Assembly (NCBI GenBank): GCA_963674705.1
Contig: OY771506.1
Coordinates: forward strand, 4,512,001-4,576,000
Direction: 5' to 3'
Origin: Phycisphaeraceae bacterium
GTDB lineage: Bacteria; Planctomycetota; Phycisphaerae; Phycisphaerales; Phycisphaeraceae
DNA: 64,000 bases
This document shows, in pieces, positions 37,650 through 48,206 of this stretch. The notes beneath the pieces were generated by a model that made no database searches, had not been told where the DNA came from, and worked only from the letters and a program-made list of their open reading frames with translations. The position numbers and the translations under genes are program-made. Within the stretch, counting starts at the first letter, position 1, and each line of letters starts with the position of its first letter.

Positions 37650-38741
37650 CTAAAACCTCCCGTCACGGGATTCGAACTTGGTCGGCTTATTGAGCACTTC
37701 GCCGCCATCGTTGATCCATCGTGCTACCGCGCGGATGACCGTCCCGATCGGCTGGCGTGGATAACCCAACCGATCGTGGCCCATCTTGCCACAGCTCAAT
37801 AAAGCGTCGCTGCTCTCCTGCCCAGTGAATGTCGGTTCGATCCCCATCTCTTCGCCTAACATCGTCACGACCTGTCGGACGCTGAGCGTTTCAGGGCCCG
37901 TCACGTTGATGACAAATGGCGGCGAAGATGCGAGCGGCAACGAAGCCAGCGTCATGGCGTTAGCATCTGCCTGCCAGATGGCATTGAAGTAACCGGTCTG
38001 CAGATCGATCGGTTGGGATTGTTTGAGCTTGAGCGCAAGATCAACGATCACGCCGTAGCGGAGTTCCACCGCGTAATTCAAACGGATGATGGAAACCGGC
38101 AGTCCTTGTGTCCGGCTGAAGTATTCGAACATGCGTTCGCGCCCCAGGCAACTCATGGCGTATTCGCCAACCGGCAAGATCGGGTCCTGCTCGGTTGCGC
38201 CCCCGCTCTCAACCGATACCGGCCCGTACACGTTGCCTGTTGAAAAGGCTGCGATGCGGCTGTCGGGATAACGTTCGCATACCAATGCGGGCAGATAGGC
38301 GTTCATCGCCCAGGTTGTCGCAGTGTCGGCGGCGCTGCCGAACTTCATGCCGGCGAGGAAGATGATGTTCTTTGCATCGGGTAGTGATGCGACCTGCTTC
38401 CGATTCAACAGATCGCAGGCGACGGTTTGTATCCCAGCATTTTCGAGTTGCTCTCGCACAGGCTCGCTGCCGGAGCCGAACCGTGAGACGCCGATTACAT
38501 TGCGTTTTACGCCAGCGATATCTGATGCTTTTCTCGCCATCATCGCAAGGGTCGGTCCCATCTTGCCGTTGACACCCAGCAGGACCAGGTCGCCATCTGT
38601 TTTTGCCATCGCCTCAATAGCGGCCGGGCTCGGATCGCTCAGCGCGGATTCCAACTGCTGCACATCGCGGATCTGATCGATGGGGATGGCCGCTGTTTCT
38701 TTGTTCTGTAATTGCCTTGACACGTACTTAAGTCCTATCAC
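37650..38741 (-). CDS. NAD-dependent epimerase/dehydratase
   Basis: VLLGVNGKMG, FLAGMKFG, FSTGNVY, GEYAMSCLGRER, RLNYAVELRYGV. Start uncertain. Confidence 0.85.
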   Translation of the reverse strand: MIGLKYVSRQLQNKETAAIPIDQIRDVQQLESALSDPSPAAIEAMAKTDGDLVLLGVNGKMGPTLAMMARKASDIAGVKRNVIGVSRFGSGSEPVREQLENAGIQTVACDLLNRKQVASLPDAKNIIFLAGMKFGSAADTATTWAMNAYLPALVCERYPDSRIAAFSTGNVYGPVSVESGGATEQDPILPVGEYAMSCLGRERMFEYFSRTQGLPVSIIRLNYAVELRYGVIVDLALKLKQSQPIDLQTGYFNAIWQADANAMTLASLPLASSPPFVINVTGPETLSVRQVVTMLGEEMGIEPTFTGQESSDALLSCGKMGHDRLGYPRQPIGTVIRAVARWINDGGEVLNKPTKFESRDGRF

Positions 38742-38758
38742 TCACATAAACGGCAGCA

Positions 38759-39889
38759 CTAACTGGTCTGCCCGGGGATAAATCGAGAAAACACTGAACA
38801 CCTTAATGGTGTATCAGCTTGATGAGCCGCCAAACCGTTCAACAACGCCATCGTATGCCGACCGACTTCATTGAAGCAGATGTCTATCGTTGACAATTGA
38901 ACAGGCCACTCACGCTCACGCAGCAGCTTGCCTGTCCCGATGATCGATAGCGAGCCGGGGACATCGACGCCCGATTCCTGTGCAGCGATCAATCCGCCCC
39001 GGGCCTGGAAGTCGGATGCGTAGATGATGGCATCGGGACGTTCGGGTTGCGAGAGTAATTCGATCGTTGCGTCGTAGCCATCGGATTCCTGGTATCCGGC
39101 ATACTTTATCCAAGATTCGTTGAGGGGCAGGCCGTACATCATCCGCGCAACACCGAACGCATCCATGAGTTTGCCTGTGCTGAATCGCTGTTGTTTTGCT
39201 AATACCAGTGCGATTGATTTACGATTGCGATGCTGCACGAGATGATTGATCGCTTGCAGTACACCTGTCGTGTAATTGACCACGACGCAACGACTGTAGC
39301 CATCCGCCAGGTCGCTGTATTGCAGCACGTAAGGGATCGCCTTGCGTTGGCAGGCCATGATGAGCGATAAATTGACTGGCGATTCAAGAATCAACGCATC
39401 GACGCCGGACAAAAACGCCGGCTCGGTATCTTCGTTCGTAACAGATAAAGAAGCGTAATCGATCATCTGCATGGCCAGTTGACCATCGCATGCGCTTTCA
39501 AGACCTTCGAGCATGGGTTGGATGAACGGGTAGCCGTCACTGATGCCTGAAAAGACGATGCCGACCGATCGGATTGCAGATGGACTGGTGGGTGTGTTTT
39601 CATCAGCGTGTTGTGGCGGGCCGATGACGATGGTGCCGGAACCGGCCCGGCTGCGGATCAAGCCGCGTGCCGCCAGAGCCTGCATAGCACGACGAACGGT
39701 AACCTCGCTGATGCCCCAGAGTTTGCTGAGTTGGCGTTGGGACGGGATCCGGTCGCCGGGCTTGAGTTGCCGCTTGTTGATCTGCTGTTCGAGCAGGTCA
39801 CGCGTCTGGTCGTAAAGCGTGGAGGCCGCGTCGCTGTCCAGCTCCCGTCCGACTGCCTCAAAGATCTGGTCTGTGTGATCGTTGCGCAT
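38759..39889 (-). CDS. GntR-HTH plus LacI-type sensor regulator (AraR-like)
   Basis: LKPGDRIPSQRQL...ISEVTVRRAMQALAARGLI..GSGT; C-terminal RPDAII..SD, VPGSLSIIG, LSTID. Confidence 0.88.
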   Translation of the reverse strand: MRNDHTDQIFEAVGRELDSDAASTLYDQTRDLLEQQINKRQLKPGDRIPSQRQLSKLWGISEVTVRRAMQALAARGLIRSRAGSGTIVIGPPQHADENTPTSPSAIRSVGIVFSGISDGYPFIQPMLEGLESACDGQLAMQMIDYASLSVTNEDTEPAFLSGVDALILESPVNLSLIMACQRKAIPYVLQYSDLADGYSRCVVVNYTTGVLQAINHLVQHRNRKSIALVLAKQQRFSTGKLMDAFGVARMMYGLPLNESWIKYAGYQESDGYDATIELLSQPERPDAIIYASDFQARGGLIAAQESGVDVPGSLSIIGTGKLLREREWPVQLSTIDICFNEVGRHTMALLNGLAAHQADTPLRCSVFSRFIPGQTS

Positions 39890-40241
39890 CCACCGAATCC
39901 CTTCCACGACACCCATAGCAGGCGAGTACGCCCAATTGCGATATCGCATTTGGTTGCCACCTATAGTCGACAATCATCGCTATTGCAATGGCCTGGCACC
40001 GGATTTTCGTATTAAAAGTGGTAATTTACGCTATTTAAAGGCGTCCGTACTGCCCAAACAAGCCTGCCGCCATGACCAGGAATATATATTTAACATGAGA
40101 TATCGCAAGAGATAACGACGTAACACGACAACCTCGGAGGCCTGCCTGGAGTCGTGCTGCGGCACGTCTGGAAATCCGATGGATCAACTCACCTTTCAGA
40201 CGATAGGGCCCTATTTGTTCTTCGTTTGATTCGTGAATTGA

Positions 40242-41815
40242 TCATGGATTCACCCGCTGATCCCACACCGTCAACTGTTCGAGGTTTTGTTTTGTTGGCA
40301 GCAGCAGGCCGGCCAGGTAGCCGACGATGAACATCACCACGTTGCCGATCAAGCCGGTGTAGTAGAGGTCGAATGGGACGGCTAACGACTGCGGTAAGAC
40401 CTGCGGCCAGTAGGTGGCGAACACCGTCCACAAGGTGAATGCGAATGAACACACGATCCCGAGCCAGATCGCTCGTGCGTCGCCATGTCGTGTGAAGAAG
40501 CCGATGAAGTACACCCCAAGCAAACCCGCGGAGACAAGCGAGACAATGATCGTCGATGTGTCCTGCAATGTCTTCGTGTCGATCTTCGTTTGCGTGATCG
40601 CGCCGCCGATCATGAATAGCGCCGCACATGTCGCGATCACCCAGGCTGCTTTCAGATAGTGTTTGTCTTGTTTGGCTTTGGATAAATGCCCGCGGTAGAT
40701 GTCGACCACCCCCACCGTCGAGATCGCGTTGATCGATGAATCCAGCGAACTCATCGCCGCGGCTAATGCGGCTGCGATCACCAGGCCCGCCAGGCCGGTC
40801 GGCAAGGTGTTCATGATGAAGTATGGCAGGACCTGCTCGGCTTTACGCACGCCCGTCAACATCTCGGCGGCGCGATCATCAGGGAACGCCTGGTAATACA
40901 CGAACAGTGCCGTACCCAGGAACATGAAGAACGCCCAGATCGGAACGCTTGCGCCGGCGCAGATGAACATCGCCTTGCGCGCTCCACGCGTGCTCTTCGC
41001 TGCGACGTAACGCTGCACCACGTTCTGACTCGATGCGAACTCCGTCAAATACCACATCAGACCCAGCACCAGCATCATCGACGTCGTCTTCATGCTTAAT
41101 GATAGGCTCCACGTCTGCGGCGCCGCTACGCCGTCGGTTACTTCGGCTAACGCGAACTTGTTGTGTTCGCCTGCGACTTCAAAGATCTGTCCAAGCCCGC
41201 CCGGCAGGTGCAACACGATGTACACCATACAGATCAGGCCACCGGTGACCAGCACGATCGTCTGCACCACGTCCGTCCACACCACCGCGTCGATCCCGCC
41301 CACCATCGTGTAGAACCCGACGAATACACCGCCGATGATCACGCACACCGTCAGGTCAAGCCCCGTCATCTCGTGCACGACCAGCGAGACCAGATACAGG
41401 ATGATGCTGATCCGGCAGAGCTGCGCCACGATGAACGCGAGCGCCGCGTAGATCCGCACCGACGGGCCGAAGCGTTGTTCGAGGTATTCGTAGGCCGTCG
41501 TTGCATTACCCCTTCTAAAAGGGGTAAAAACACGAACGCCGCGATCAACACCGCCAAAGGCAGCATCAGGTTCGGCAAAAACCTCAGCCACGCCGTCTTG
41601 TACGCATCACCCGGAAACGCAAGGAACGTCACCGAGCTGATCGACGTGCCGACCATGCTAAGCCCGATCGCCCAACCCGGGAACGAACGGCCGCCGACAA
41701 AGTACTGCTCCGTGTCGACATTGCGGCGCGAAAACCACAGGCCCATCAGCGCCATGATTGCCAGGTATCCCAGCAGGGTGACAAGATCAAGACCAAATAC
41801 ATTCAGGTTGGGCAT
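40242..41815 (-). pseudogene. SSS-family transporter interrupted by a one-base frameshift near 41515
   Basis: N-part in ORF 41366-41815 (QYFVGGRSFPGWAIGLS..ISSVTFLAFPG) continues in the -1 frame as FRRGNATTAYEYLEQRFG (ORF 40242-41591). Confidence 0.8.
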
Positions 41816-41840
41816 GGGTGTCCTTCTATGTATTCACGAT

Positions 41841-42758
41841 TTAAGTCGGCAACTTCGCGGCGAACGCATCCACCTCGGCAGTCGTGGGCACAGACGGCTG
41901 AGCGCCGACGTGTGTGCAGTCTAAAGCCCCGGCAATACAGGCCCGCTGGATCGCATCCGGCATCTCTAGTCCATCCGCAAGCCCCACGCACAACGCCGCC
42001 GTAAACGTGTCCCCCGCCGCCGTCGTGTCCACCGCATGCACGGGTACTGATGGCACATGCAAGTGCGAATCACGCTCGACCCATAACGCGCCGCGAGAGC
42101 CCAGCTTGACGACCATCTCGCTTACACCTTGGCTTTTAAGCGACTGTGATGCGCTGATTGCATCTTCGGCTTCGAGAACATGTTGTCCACTTAATATGGC
42201 TAACTCGGTTTCGTTGGGTGATACGATATCCGCCAGTGCCAACAGTTCATTGGGTAAATCTTTGGAGGCGGGCGCGGGATCGAGAATAACCTTCACGCCG
42301 CAGGCACGGGCTCGCCTGGCAGCCTCAAGATTGATATCGATCGGCGTTTCCAGTTGCAGCATCATGGCATCCGCCCACTCAAACATACTGTCGTCTTCGG
42401 GCAGCGTGATCTGGAAGTTCGCACCGGGTCCGACCAGGATGGAATTTTGAGCATTTGTCTCGTTAAGCAGGATCACGGCGGTGCCTCTGCCACGATCTGC
42501 GGTTGTCAGATGATCACAGTCGATTCCTTCTTTGACCAAACCATCACGAATAGCATGACCGAACGGATCATCCCCCACGCATCCGACGAACCTGACATCG
42601 TCGCCCAATCGCGCCGAAGCGACTGCGGCATTTGCCCCTTTGCCTCCGGGCACCAATTGGATATCGTCGATGAGTATGGTTTCGCCGGGTTTTGGCAACT
42701 GGCGCACGGGCGATACAATATCCATGTTCGCGATGCCAATAACAAGTATGTTTGCCAT
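41841..42758 (-). CDS. rbsK: Ribokinase-like PfkB kinase
   Basis: PGGKGANAAVASARLG, VGDDPFG, LQLETP, PNETEL, AVDTTAAGDTF, GAQPS. Substrate not certain. Confidence 0.85.
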   Translation of the reverse strand: MANILVIGIANMDIVSPVRQLPKPGETILIDDIQLVPGGKGANAAVASARLGDDVRFVGCVGDDPFGHAIRDGLVKEGIDCDHLTTADRGRGTAVILLNETNAQNSILVGPGANFQITLPEDDSMFEWADAMMLQLETPIDINLEAARRARACGVKVILDPAPASKDLPNELLALADIVSPNETELAILSGQHVLEAEDAISASQSLKSQGVSEMVVKLGSRGALWVERDSHLHVPSVPVHAVDTTAAGDTFTAALCVGLADGLEMPDAIQRACIAGALDCTHVGAQPSVPTTAEVDAFAAKLPT

Positions 42759-42766
42759 AGTCTGTT

Positions 42767-43328
42767 TTAGTGTTGATGCAACAGAATCATCTCACCCAAC
42801 TGGGCCAGATACTTTTCGATCACAGCCCGTTCAGGCTCAATGAATTTACCGAATGGCTCAGCCATGACATCGCTACAGATATCCATGCAGGATAATGCAC
42901 ATTTGATTCCTTTGATAGTCGATGATCCGTGCCGGCCGACACGATACAGCAGGGAAGAGACTTCGATCACGGTGCGATGTAGCGTATTGACCGTCTGGAT
43001 ATCCTGGCGGATAGCAGCGTTATACAGCTCTACATACAGATGCGGGAACAGATTTGCTCCTCCGGACACGCCGCCGTTACCACTGAGCAGCGTTGCTTCT
43101 GCCAGCATCTCCTCCGGCCCGATCAGTACGGTTTTGCCCGGAAATTCTCTTAGCATACGGATAATCGTATGGTAGTAATTCATCACGTAAACGGTAACCA
43201 AGGCTTGGCGCTTCGCCGGTGGTCCCCAAGGCAAAGAGGCCGTGTACGCCACCACGAAGAATATGCTCAATGAGCCTTTCCAGCCCATGAACATCCAACT
43301 GGTCACGACCAAGCAATGGCGTGACCAT
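42767..43328 (-). pseudogene. DHDPS-family aldolase pseudogene (5' end lost; internal deletion with frameshift)
   Basis: [30 protein letters not shown] in one frame joins [25 protein letters not shown] in another near 43180. The catalytic Tyr/Lys region is absent. Confidence 0.8.
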
Positions 43329-43788
43329 ATCCTCGTGATCGAAGGCTATTGCCAGGTGGATATGGATGAAAGCCAACTGCAAGCCAGCGCCGGTGACATG
43401 CTAATGATCCCGGCTGATGTTGCACACAATCAGATTTCCGATGATTACATCCACACACTCTATGCGGGGTTCCATGTAGATTCGCTACTCACGGAAGCGC
43501 AAGTCATTCATCTGGACGAATTACAGATGATCGAATCGTGCATGAGTCTACCGGCCGACACGCACATGCATTAATGTAATGTTTCCCATGAAGCGTGCAC
43601 GCCGATACCTTTCCGATCCGCACCTTACCGTGAAAGAAGTTGCAAGTCGTTGTGCCTGCCGCGACACAAACCTGTTTGTAAGAACCTTCAAGAAGCTTCA
43701 TGGGCAACCGCCCGGCCATTGGCGTACGAGTGTGAATAGACTTGACAATGATGATCCTGAGTACCCCCCCCGCATGCAGCAAAGATAA
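43329..43788 (+). pseudogene. AraC-family regulator remnant
   Basis: Cupin fragment ([18 protein letters not shown]) ends at a stop, then the last HTH (MKRARRYL..TVKEVASRC..FVRTFKK..PPGHWR). Middle and 5' end missing. Confidence 0.75.
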
Positions 43789-44151
43789 CCAATACTATAT
43801 TATCATGCTATGAACCGATTCATTTTTAAGGCATCTAGAGCCCGTATTCAACTTATACTGCTATAAGTGCAGGTGCAAGACCCCTTGGATAGACGTGTAG
43901 AATATCAGCAAAACGTCCCGCATCATAATCAATTTGCTTGTGCAACAAAGCGCAATATAGACCGGCTTGCTTATGACCAGACAAAGGCGCAAACACGTCA
44001 ACTGAAGCCAGTCGATACAATACGTGTTGGATTGGCTGGCTCGGTTGATACCACTACCACAGTGGAATCCAACCTCAGCCTAAGCACGGTGTTCGTCATG
44101 TTCAGATACTGTGCTGCGCGAAACAATGCCCTTTACCAGAATACTTCAATC

Positions 44152-45663
44152 ATGCGAATCCTCTACATTGATCTCGACGCCTGCACCCCCTCGCACCTTT
44201 CGTGTTACGGCTACCACCGACAGACCTCACCAGTCATCGACTCGATCGCGAGCCGGGGTATGCGCTGCACCAATATGTACTGCTCCGACGCCCCCTGCCT
44301 CCCTTCACGCACCGCGTTCTATCAAGGGCGCTTCGGGATACAGACCGGTGTCGTCGGGCACGGCGGGACCGCAGCCGATACCAAACGCGAAGGCCCCGGC
44401 CGATCGTTCCGCTCCTGCTACGAAGAGCAAGCCTTCCCACGCGAACTGCAAAAAGCCGGATTCCATACCGCGATGGTCTCGCCGTTCGGCCAACGACACG
44501 CCGCCCACCAGTATTACGCCGGTTTCAATGAAGTTCACAACACCGGCGGCGGCGGCAGCGAACCGGCCGAAGTCGTTCAACCTGTCATCGAACGCTGGCT
44601 CGAAGGCAACGCCACGCGCGATAACTGGTACCTGCACGTCAACTTCTGGGACATCCACACCCCTTACCGTGCCCCGATGTCGTACGGCAATCCGTTCGAG
44701 GATGATCCCATCCCCGATTGGCTTACCGATGAACTCATCGCACAACACGTAAAACAAGCCGGGCCACACACCGCTCAAGACTTGGGGATGTTCGGCGATA
44801 ACAACACAGCTAAATTCCCACGTTTGCCTTTGCGCATCACGGATCGTAAGTCGCTCAAACAATGGCTCGATGGTTACGACACCGCGATCCGATACGTCGA
44901 CGACATGATCGGCCGCATCGTCGGAATACTCAAACAAGCCGGCGTATATGAAGATACCGCCATCATCATCTCGGCAGACCACGGCGAAAACCAGGGCGAA
45001 CTTGGTATCTACGGCGAACACGGCACCGCCGACCACGCCACATGTAATATCCCCTTCATCGTCAAATGGCCGGGTAAAGCGTCGGCCAGTGTTGATGACG
45101 GCCTGCACTACCACTTGGACTGGGCGCCGACCTGCATCCAGCTTATCGATCGGCAGGAACACTGCCCGCCGATCTGGGACGGCCAATCATTTGCAAATTC
45201 TCTACATGATGGATCTGACGCCGGGCGGGACGAGTTAATCATCAGCCAGTGCGCCCACGTCTGTCAGCGCTCGGTGCGCTTCAATCACGATGGACGCGCT
45301 TGGCTATACATCCGCACGTACCACGATGGGTATCACCTGTTCCCGCGCGACATGCTCTACGATCTGAATACCGATCCGCACGAACTTGACAATGTGGCCG
45401 ATCAACATCCGGCTGTGTTGCGCGAAGCGGCATGGCGTCTTTCGCACTGGCATGATGAGCAGATGTTCAAGATGACACAATACGCCAGCGACTCGGTCGA
45501 TCCGATGTGGACCGTGATGCGTGAAGGTGGCCCGTTCCACACGCTGTTTCCCGTACTGGGCCTGAATTCGCTGGCAGATTACCTCGATCGCCTGGAATCC
45601 ACCGGCCGATCAGAAGGCGCGGCGAAGCTGGGCGAACACTATGGCTTAAAGAATAAGTCGTAG
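44152..45663 (+). CDS. Cys-type formylglycine-dependent sulfatase, no signal peptide
   Basis: HLSCYGY.RQTSP.ID, signature CLPSR, DIHTPY, IIISADHGE, EHG, LYDLNTDPHE. Start moved to ATG 44152. Confidence 0.93.
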   Translation: MRILYIDLDACTPSHLSCYGYHRQTSPVIDSIASRGMRCTNMYCSDAPCLPSRTAFYQGRFGIQTGVVGHGGTAADTKREGPGRSFRSCYEEQAFPRELQKAGFHTAMVSPFGQRHAAHQYYAGFNEVHNTGGGGSEPAEVVQPVIERWLEGNATRDNWYLHVNFWDIHTPYRAPMSYGNPFEDDPIPDWLTDELIAQHVKQAGPHTAQDLGMFGDNNTAKFPRLPLRITDRKSLKQWLDGYDTAIRYVDDMIGRIVGILKQAGVYEDTAIIISADHGENQGELGIYGEHGTADHATCNIPFIVKWPGKASASVDDGLHYHLDWAPTCIQLIDRQEHCPPIWDGQSFANSLHDGSDAGRDELIISQCAHVCQRSVRFNHDGRAWLYIRTYHDGYHLFPRDMLYDLNTDPHELDNVADQHPAVLREAAWRLSHWHDEQMFKMTQYASDSVDPMWTVMREGGPFHTLFPVLGLNSLADYLDRLESTGRSEGAAKLGEHYGLKNKS

Positions 45664-45689
45664 CTTCAATAATACTTCACCGCTTTGAA

Positions 45690-46328
45690 CTAGCTGGTCG
45701 CAGTATCTTCTGCTACGGGCTTTTCTTCAGCTTGATTTTGCGCAGAAGTGGCCGGAGTTTTTTGCCTGGGCTTCGATGTAGCGATGCCTAGTATGAACGC
45801 CACAACCACCGCACCCGCCAGCCAGAGCAGATCGTTCATCGTCAATGCGCTCTTGATCTTACTGATATCCTGCATCTGCGATGCATGGATTCGCGGCACA
45901 GATGAGTTAGCTGTTGCAGTTGTCGCATCGTGCTGGTCCGTGGCATCTGCCACTGCTTCGCCTTGGGACGTATCGACTACGCTGGCGGGCTGTTGAATGT
46001 TGATCGCGGGATTATCGGCCAAGCCCGCGGTCAGGCCCCATTGCACAATGATGAGTTTTCCCAGCAACACGGCGATCGCGGTCAGGCCGGCTGCGGAGAT
46101 GCCGTTATCGATACTGCGCGCCTTAGCGCTAAGTGCAACAGCAACACCCACGAGTATCCCAATGACGATCGTCCCGACAACCAGGTCTCGTCCGCTGTAG
46201 TGAGTGATGATCGCCCACAACAAGGAGCACGCCAGTGCAGCCACAAGCCCAAACAGAAGCTCTCGGCCAATGGCTCCACGATGTTTGAGTCTGATTACGC
46301 TTGATGCTTTGTCTTGCTCGCACTTCAT
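45690..46328 (-). CDS. Hypothetical membrane protein
   Basis: GAGAGG RBS, three N-terminal TMs, a soluble loop, DLLWLAGAVVVAF TM. Confidence 0.7.
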   Translation of the reverse strand: MKCEQDKASSVIRLKHRGAIGRELLFGLVAALACSLLWAIITHYSGRDLVVGTIVIGILVGVAVALSAKARSIDNGISAAGLTAIAVLLGKLIIVQWGLTAGLADNPAINIQQPASVVDTSQGEAVADATDQHDATTATANSSVPRIHASQMQDISKIKSALTMNDLLWLAGAVVVAFILGIATSKPRQKTPATSAQNQAEEKPVAEDTATS

Positions 46329-46732
46329 AAGGTGCCTCTCCGAGTGTGTTGAATACCTCACAAGACATATAGAAGCATTCGGTATGAGGGTCAGCGGTAG
46401 GATGATGACGATCGAGAACAGCGCCTGCATCCACCCCGCTTTTAATTCCCGGGAATTGTAAATGGAATTACCATTCATATCTACTGCTAATTGTGGATAA
46501 GACACGAAATATATTGCCTGCACCGCAGTGACCACCCGATGCATTGGTATCGCCAGTAAGGGTGCCCACCAAACCCCGCATTCTCATTATACCTCATAAA
46601 TATATAATTATTAGTATTTTAAGTAAATATCACCGCGGCAACGGATTTATGACGCCCCATATTTCGCTGCACCGAGGTGCCGTCGGTAACATTACCGCAG
46701 GATGTCAAACCCCAGAATGTTGCGAAACTTGT

Positions 46733-46782
46733 TAGGGAATTTTCGTGATTATCCTTGATTGTTGCGTGAGATGTGTTAGTCT
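46733..46782 (+). promoter_or_regulatory. Putative promoter with upstream TAGGGAATT motif
   Basis: TAGGGAATT (46733), TTGATT (46755), TGn-TAGTCT (46777). Confidence 0.45.
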
Positions 46783-46956
46783 AGAGAGGTATGTGGCGGC
46801 CATACCTTCGCCTTACTGGTTGACTTGATGTCTCCGCTGCGAATTGAATTGCCATGGCCCGTCGTGTTGGATTCACCAGTTTCAGAGATTTGCATCGTCC
46901 ATCAGCCTGCAACAAACATCACACTTCAGTTCATTCCATTTGGAGGAGGAGAACGC

Positions 46957-48042
46957 ATGACAATTAAAAGAAGCTTTTTAAAGGATAAATTTGTCACAGC
47001 ATCCGCAGCGGCGTTGGCTTGCGCGGCCTTGGCATTGCCCGCTCAAGCCGACTACAACTTCGTCGGCGGCGGCGACGGCACATCGTGGGAAGACGTCGCC
47101 AACTGGGAAAGCAGCGGCCTGCCCGCTTCAGCCATCCCCGGCGGCAGCGACTACCTCACCATCACCGGCGGCGGCGTCAACATCGATATGGACGGCGACA
47201 CATGGAATTACCTCGTCAGTAATTCTCTGCTAACAGGCGGCGCCACAGGTGAATACCGCACGCAAACCATCCGTCTTGCACAGTTCGGCGCTGCAACGTT
47301 GAATATCGATATCGGTGACGGCAACATCTGGCGCACCACTAACTCGACCCTTCAGTACGTCGGCTCACAAAACTCAACCAACACCGGCGTGATGAACATC
47401 TACAGCGGCGATATCCGTATCGAAACGTCTTCGTTCCGTATCGCTGAGAAAACCGGTTCGACAGGGCTGGTTAACATCTCAGGCAGCACAAGTACACGCC
47501 TGATTATCAGCCGTGAATCCGGCGGCGTCAGCATGCAGGTCGGCACCGGCGGCAACGGCACCTTCCAGATCGATGGCGGTAAGCTCCGAACACGTGCCGG
47601 CATGACGGTTGGCTCCACCGGTACCTTCCGCGTGCTTGGCAGCAGTGTCACCGAGGTCGAAATCGGTTCCGAAGGATCGCTCGATGGTAACTGGACGCAA
47701 AACGCGGGTGGCATCCTCGAAGTCGGGATCGACGCAGGCGGCGTCACTCAGATCAACATCGCCGACAAGGGCGGCTCAGGCACCTATGCCAACTTCGATG
47801 CCGGCGCGATCCTCACGATCAGCGAATTGGTCGCCCCTGTCCCCGGCACATGGACTGTGATGGAAGTGCAGAACGGCACGATCACCGACAACGGCCTCGG
47901 CCTGCTGGCAGGCCCCGGCTGGTCCTACGATGTAGACAACAGCGGCGCGAACGGTCTGCTGACCGTCAGCTATGTCCCCGAACCCGCGACACTCGCGCTG
48001 CTGGGATTGGGCGGTTTGGCGATCATCGCCCGCAAGCGCTAA
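46957..48042 (+). CDS. PEP-CTERM protein, Gly/Thr-rich beta-helix-like, no dockerin module
   Basis: GGAGGAGG RBS, signal peptide (..PAQA), SWEDVANW, VPEPATLALLGLGGLAIIARKR. Confidence 0.9.
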   Translation: MTIKRSFLKDKFVTASAAALACAALALPAQADYNFVGGGDGTSWEDVANWESSGLPASAIPGGSDYLTITGGGVNIDMDGDTWNYLVSNSLLTGGATGEYRTQTIRLAQFGAATLNIDIGDGNIWRTTNSTLQYVGSQNSTNTGVMNIYSGDIRIETSSFRIAEKTGSTGLVNISGSTSTRLIISRESGGVSMQVGTGGNGTFQIDGGKLRTRAGMTVGSTGTFRVLGSSVTEVEIGSEGSLDGNWTQNAGGILEVGIDAGGVTQINIADKGGSGTYANFDAGAILTISELVAPVPGTWTVMEVQNGTITDNGLGLLAGPGWSYDVDNSGANGLLTVSYVPEPATLALLGLGGLAIIARKR

Positions 48043-48089
48043 GACGAAACGTACTTTTGAGAAGTGACTACAAGATGATTTAACACGTG

Positions 48090-48126
48090 AGCCGAAACCG
48101 GTAAACCGCTGGTTTCGGCTTTTTTA
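48090..48126 (+). terminator. Intrinsic terminator
   Basis: AGCCGAAACC-N11-GGTTTCGGCT followed by T5. Confidence 0.75.
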
Positions 48127-48206
48127 CCAACAAGAGCTAGGCTGGAAGATAAGCTTTGGCTGCAGTTGAGAAGGTACTGACACAAGGTGTTAAGCGAGTG
48201 AATCCA

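Noticed and set aside
43998..44049. Interrupted hairpin upstream of the sulfatase as an ncRNA
   Set aside because: A single stem with no second copy or recognisable motif; not enough support.
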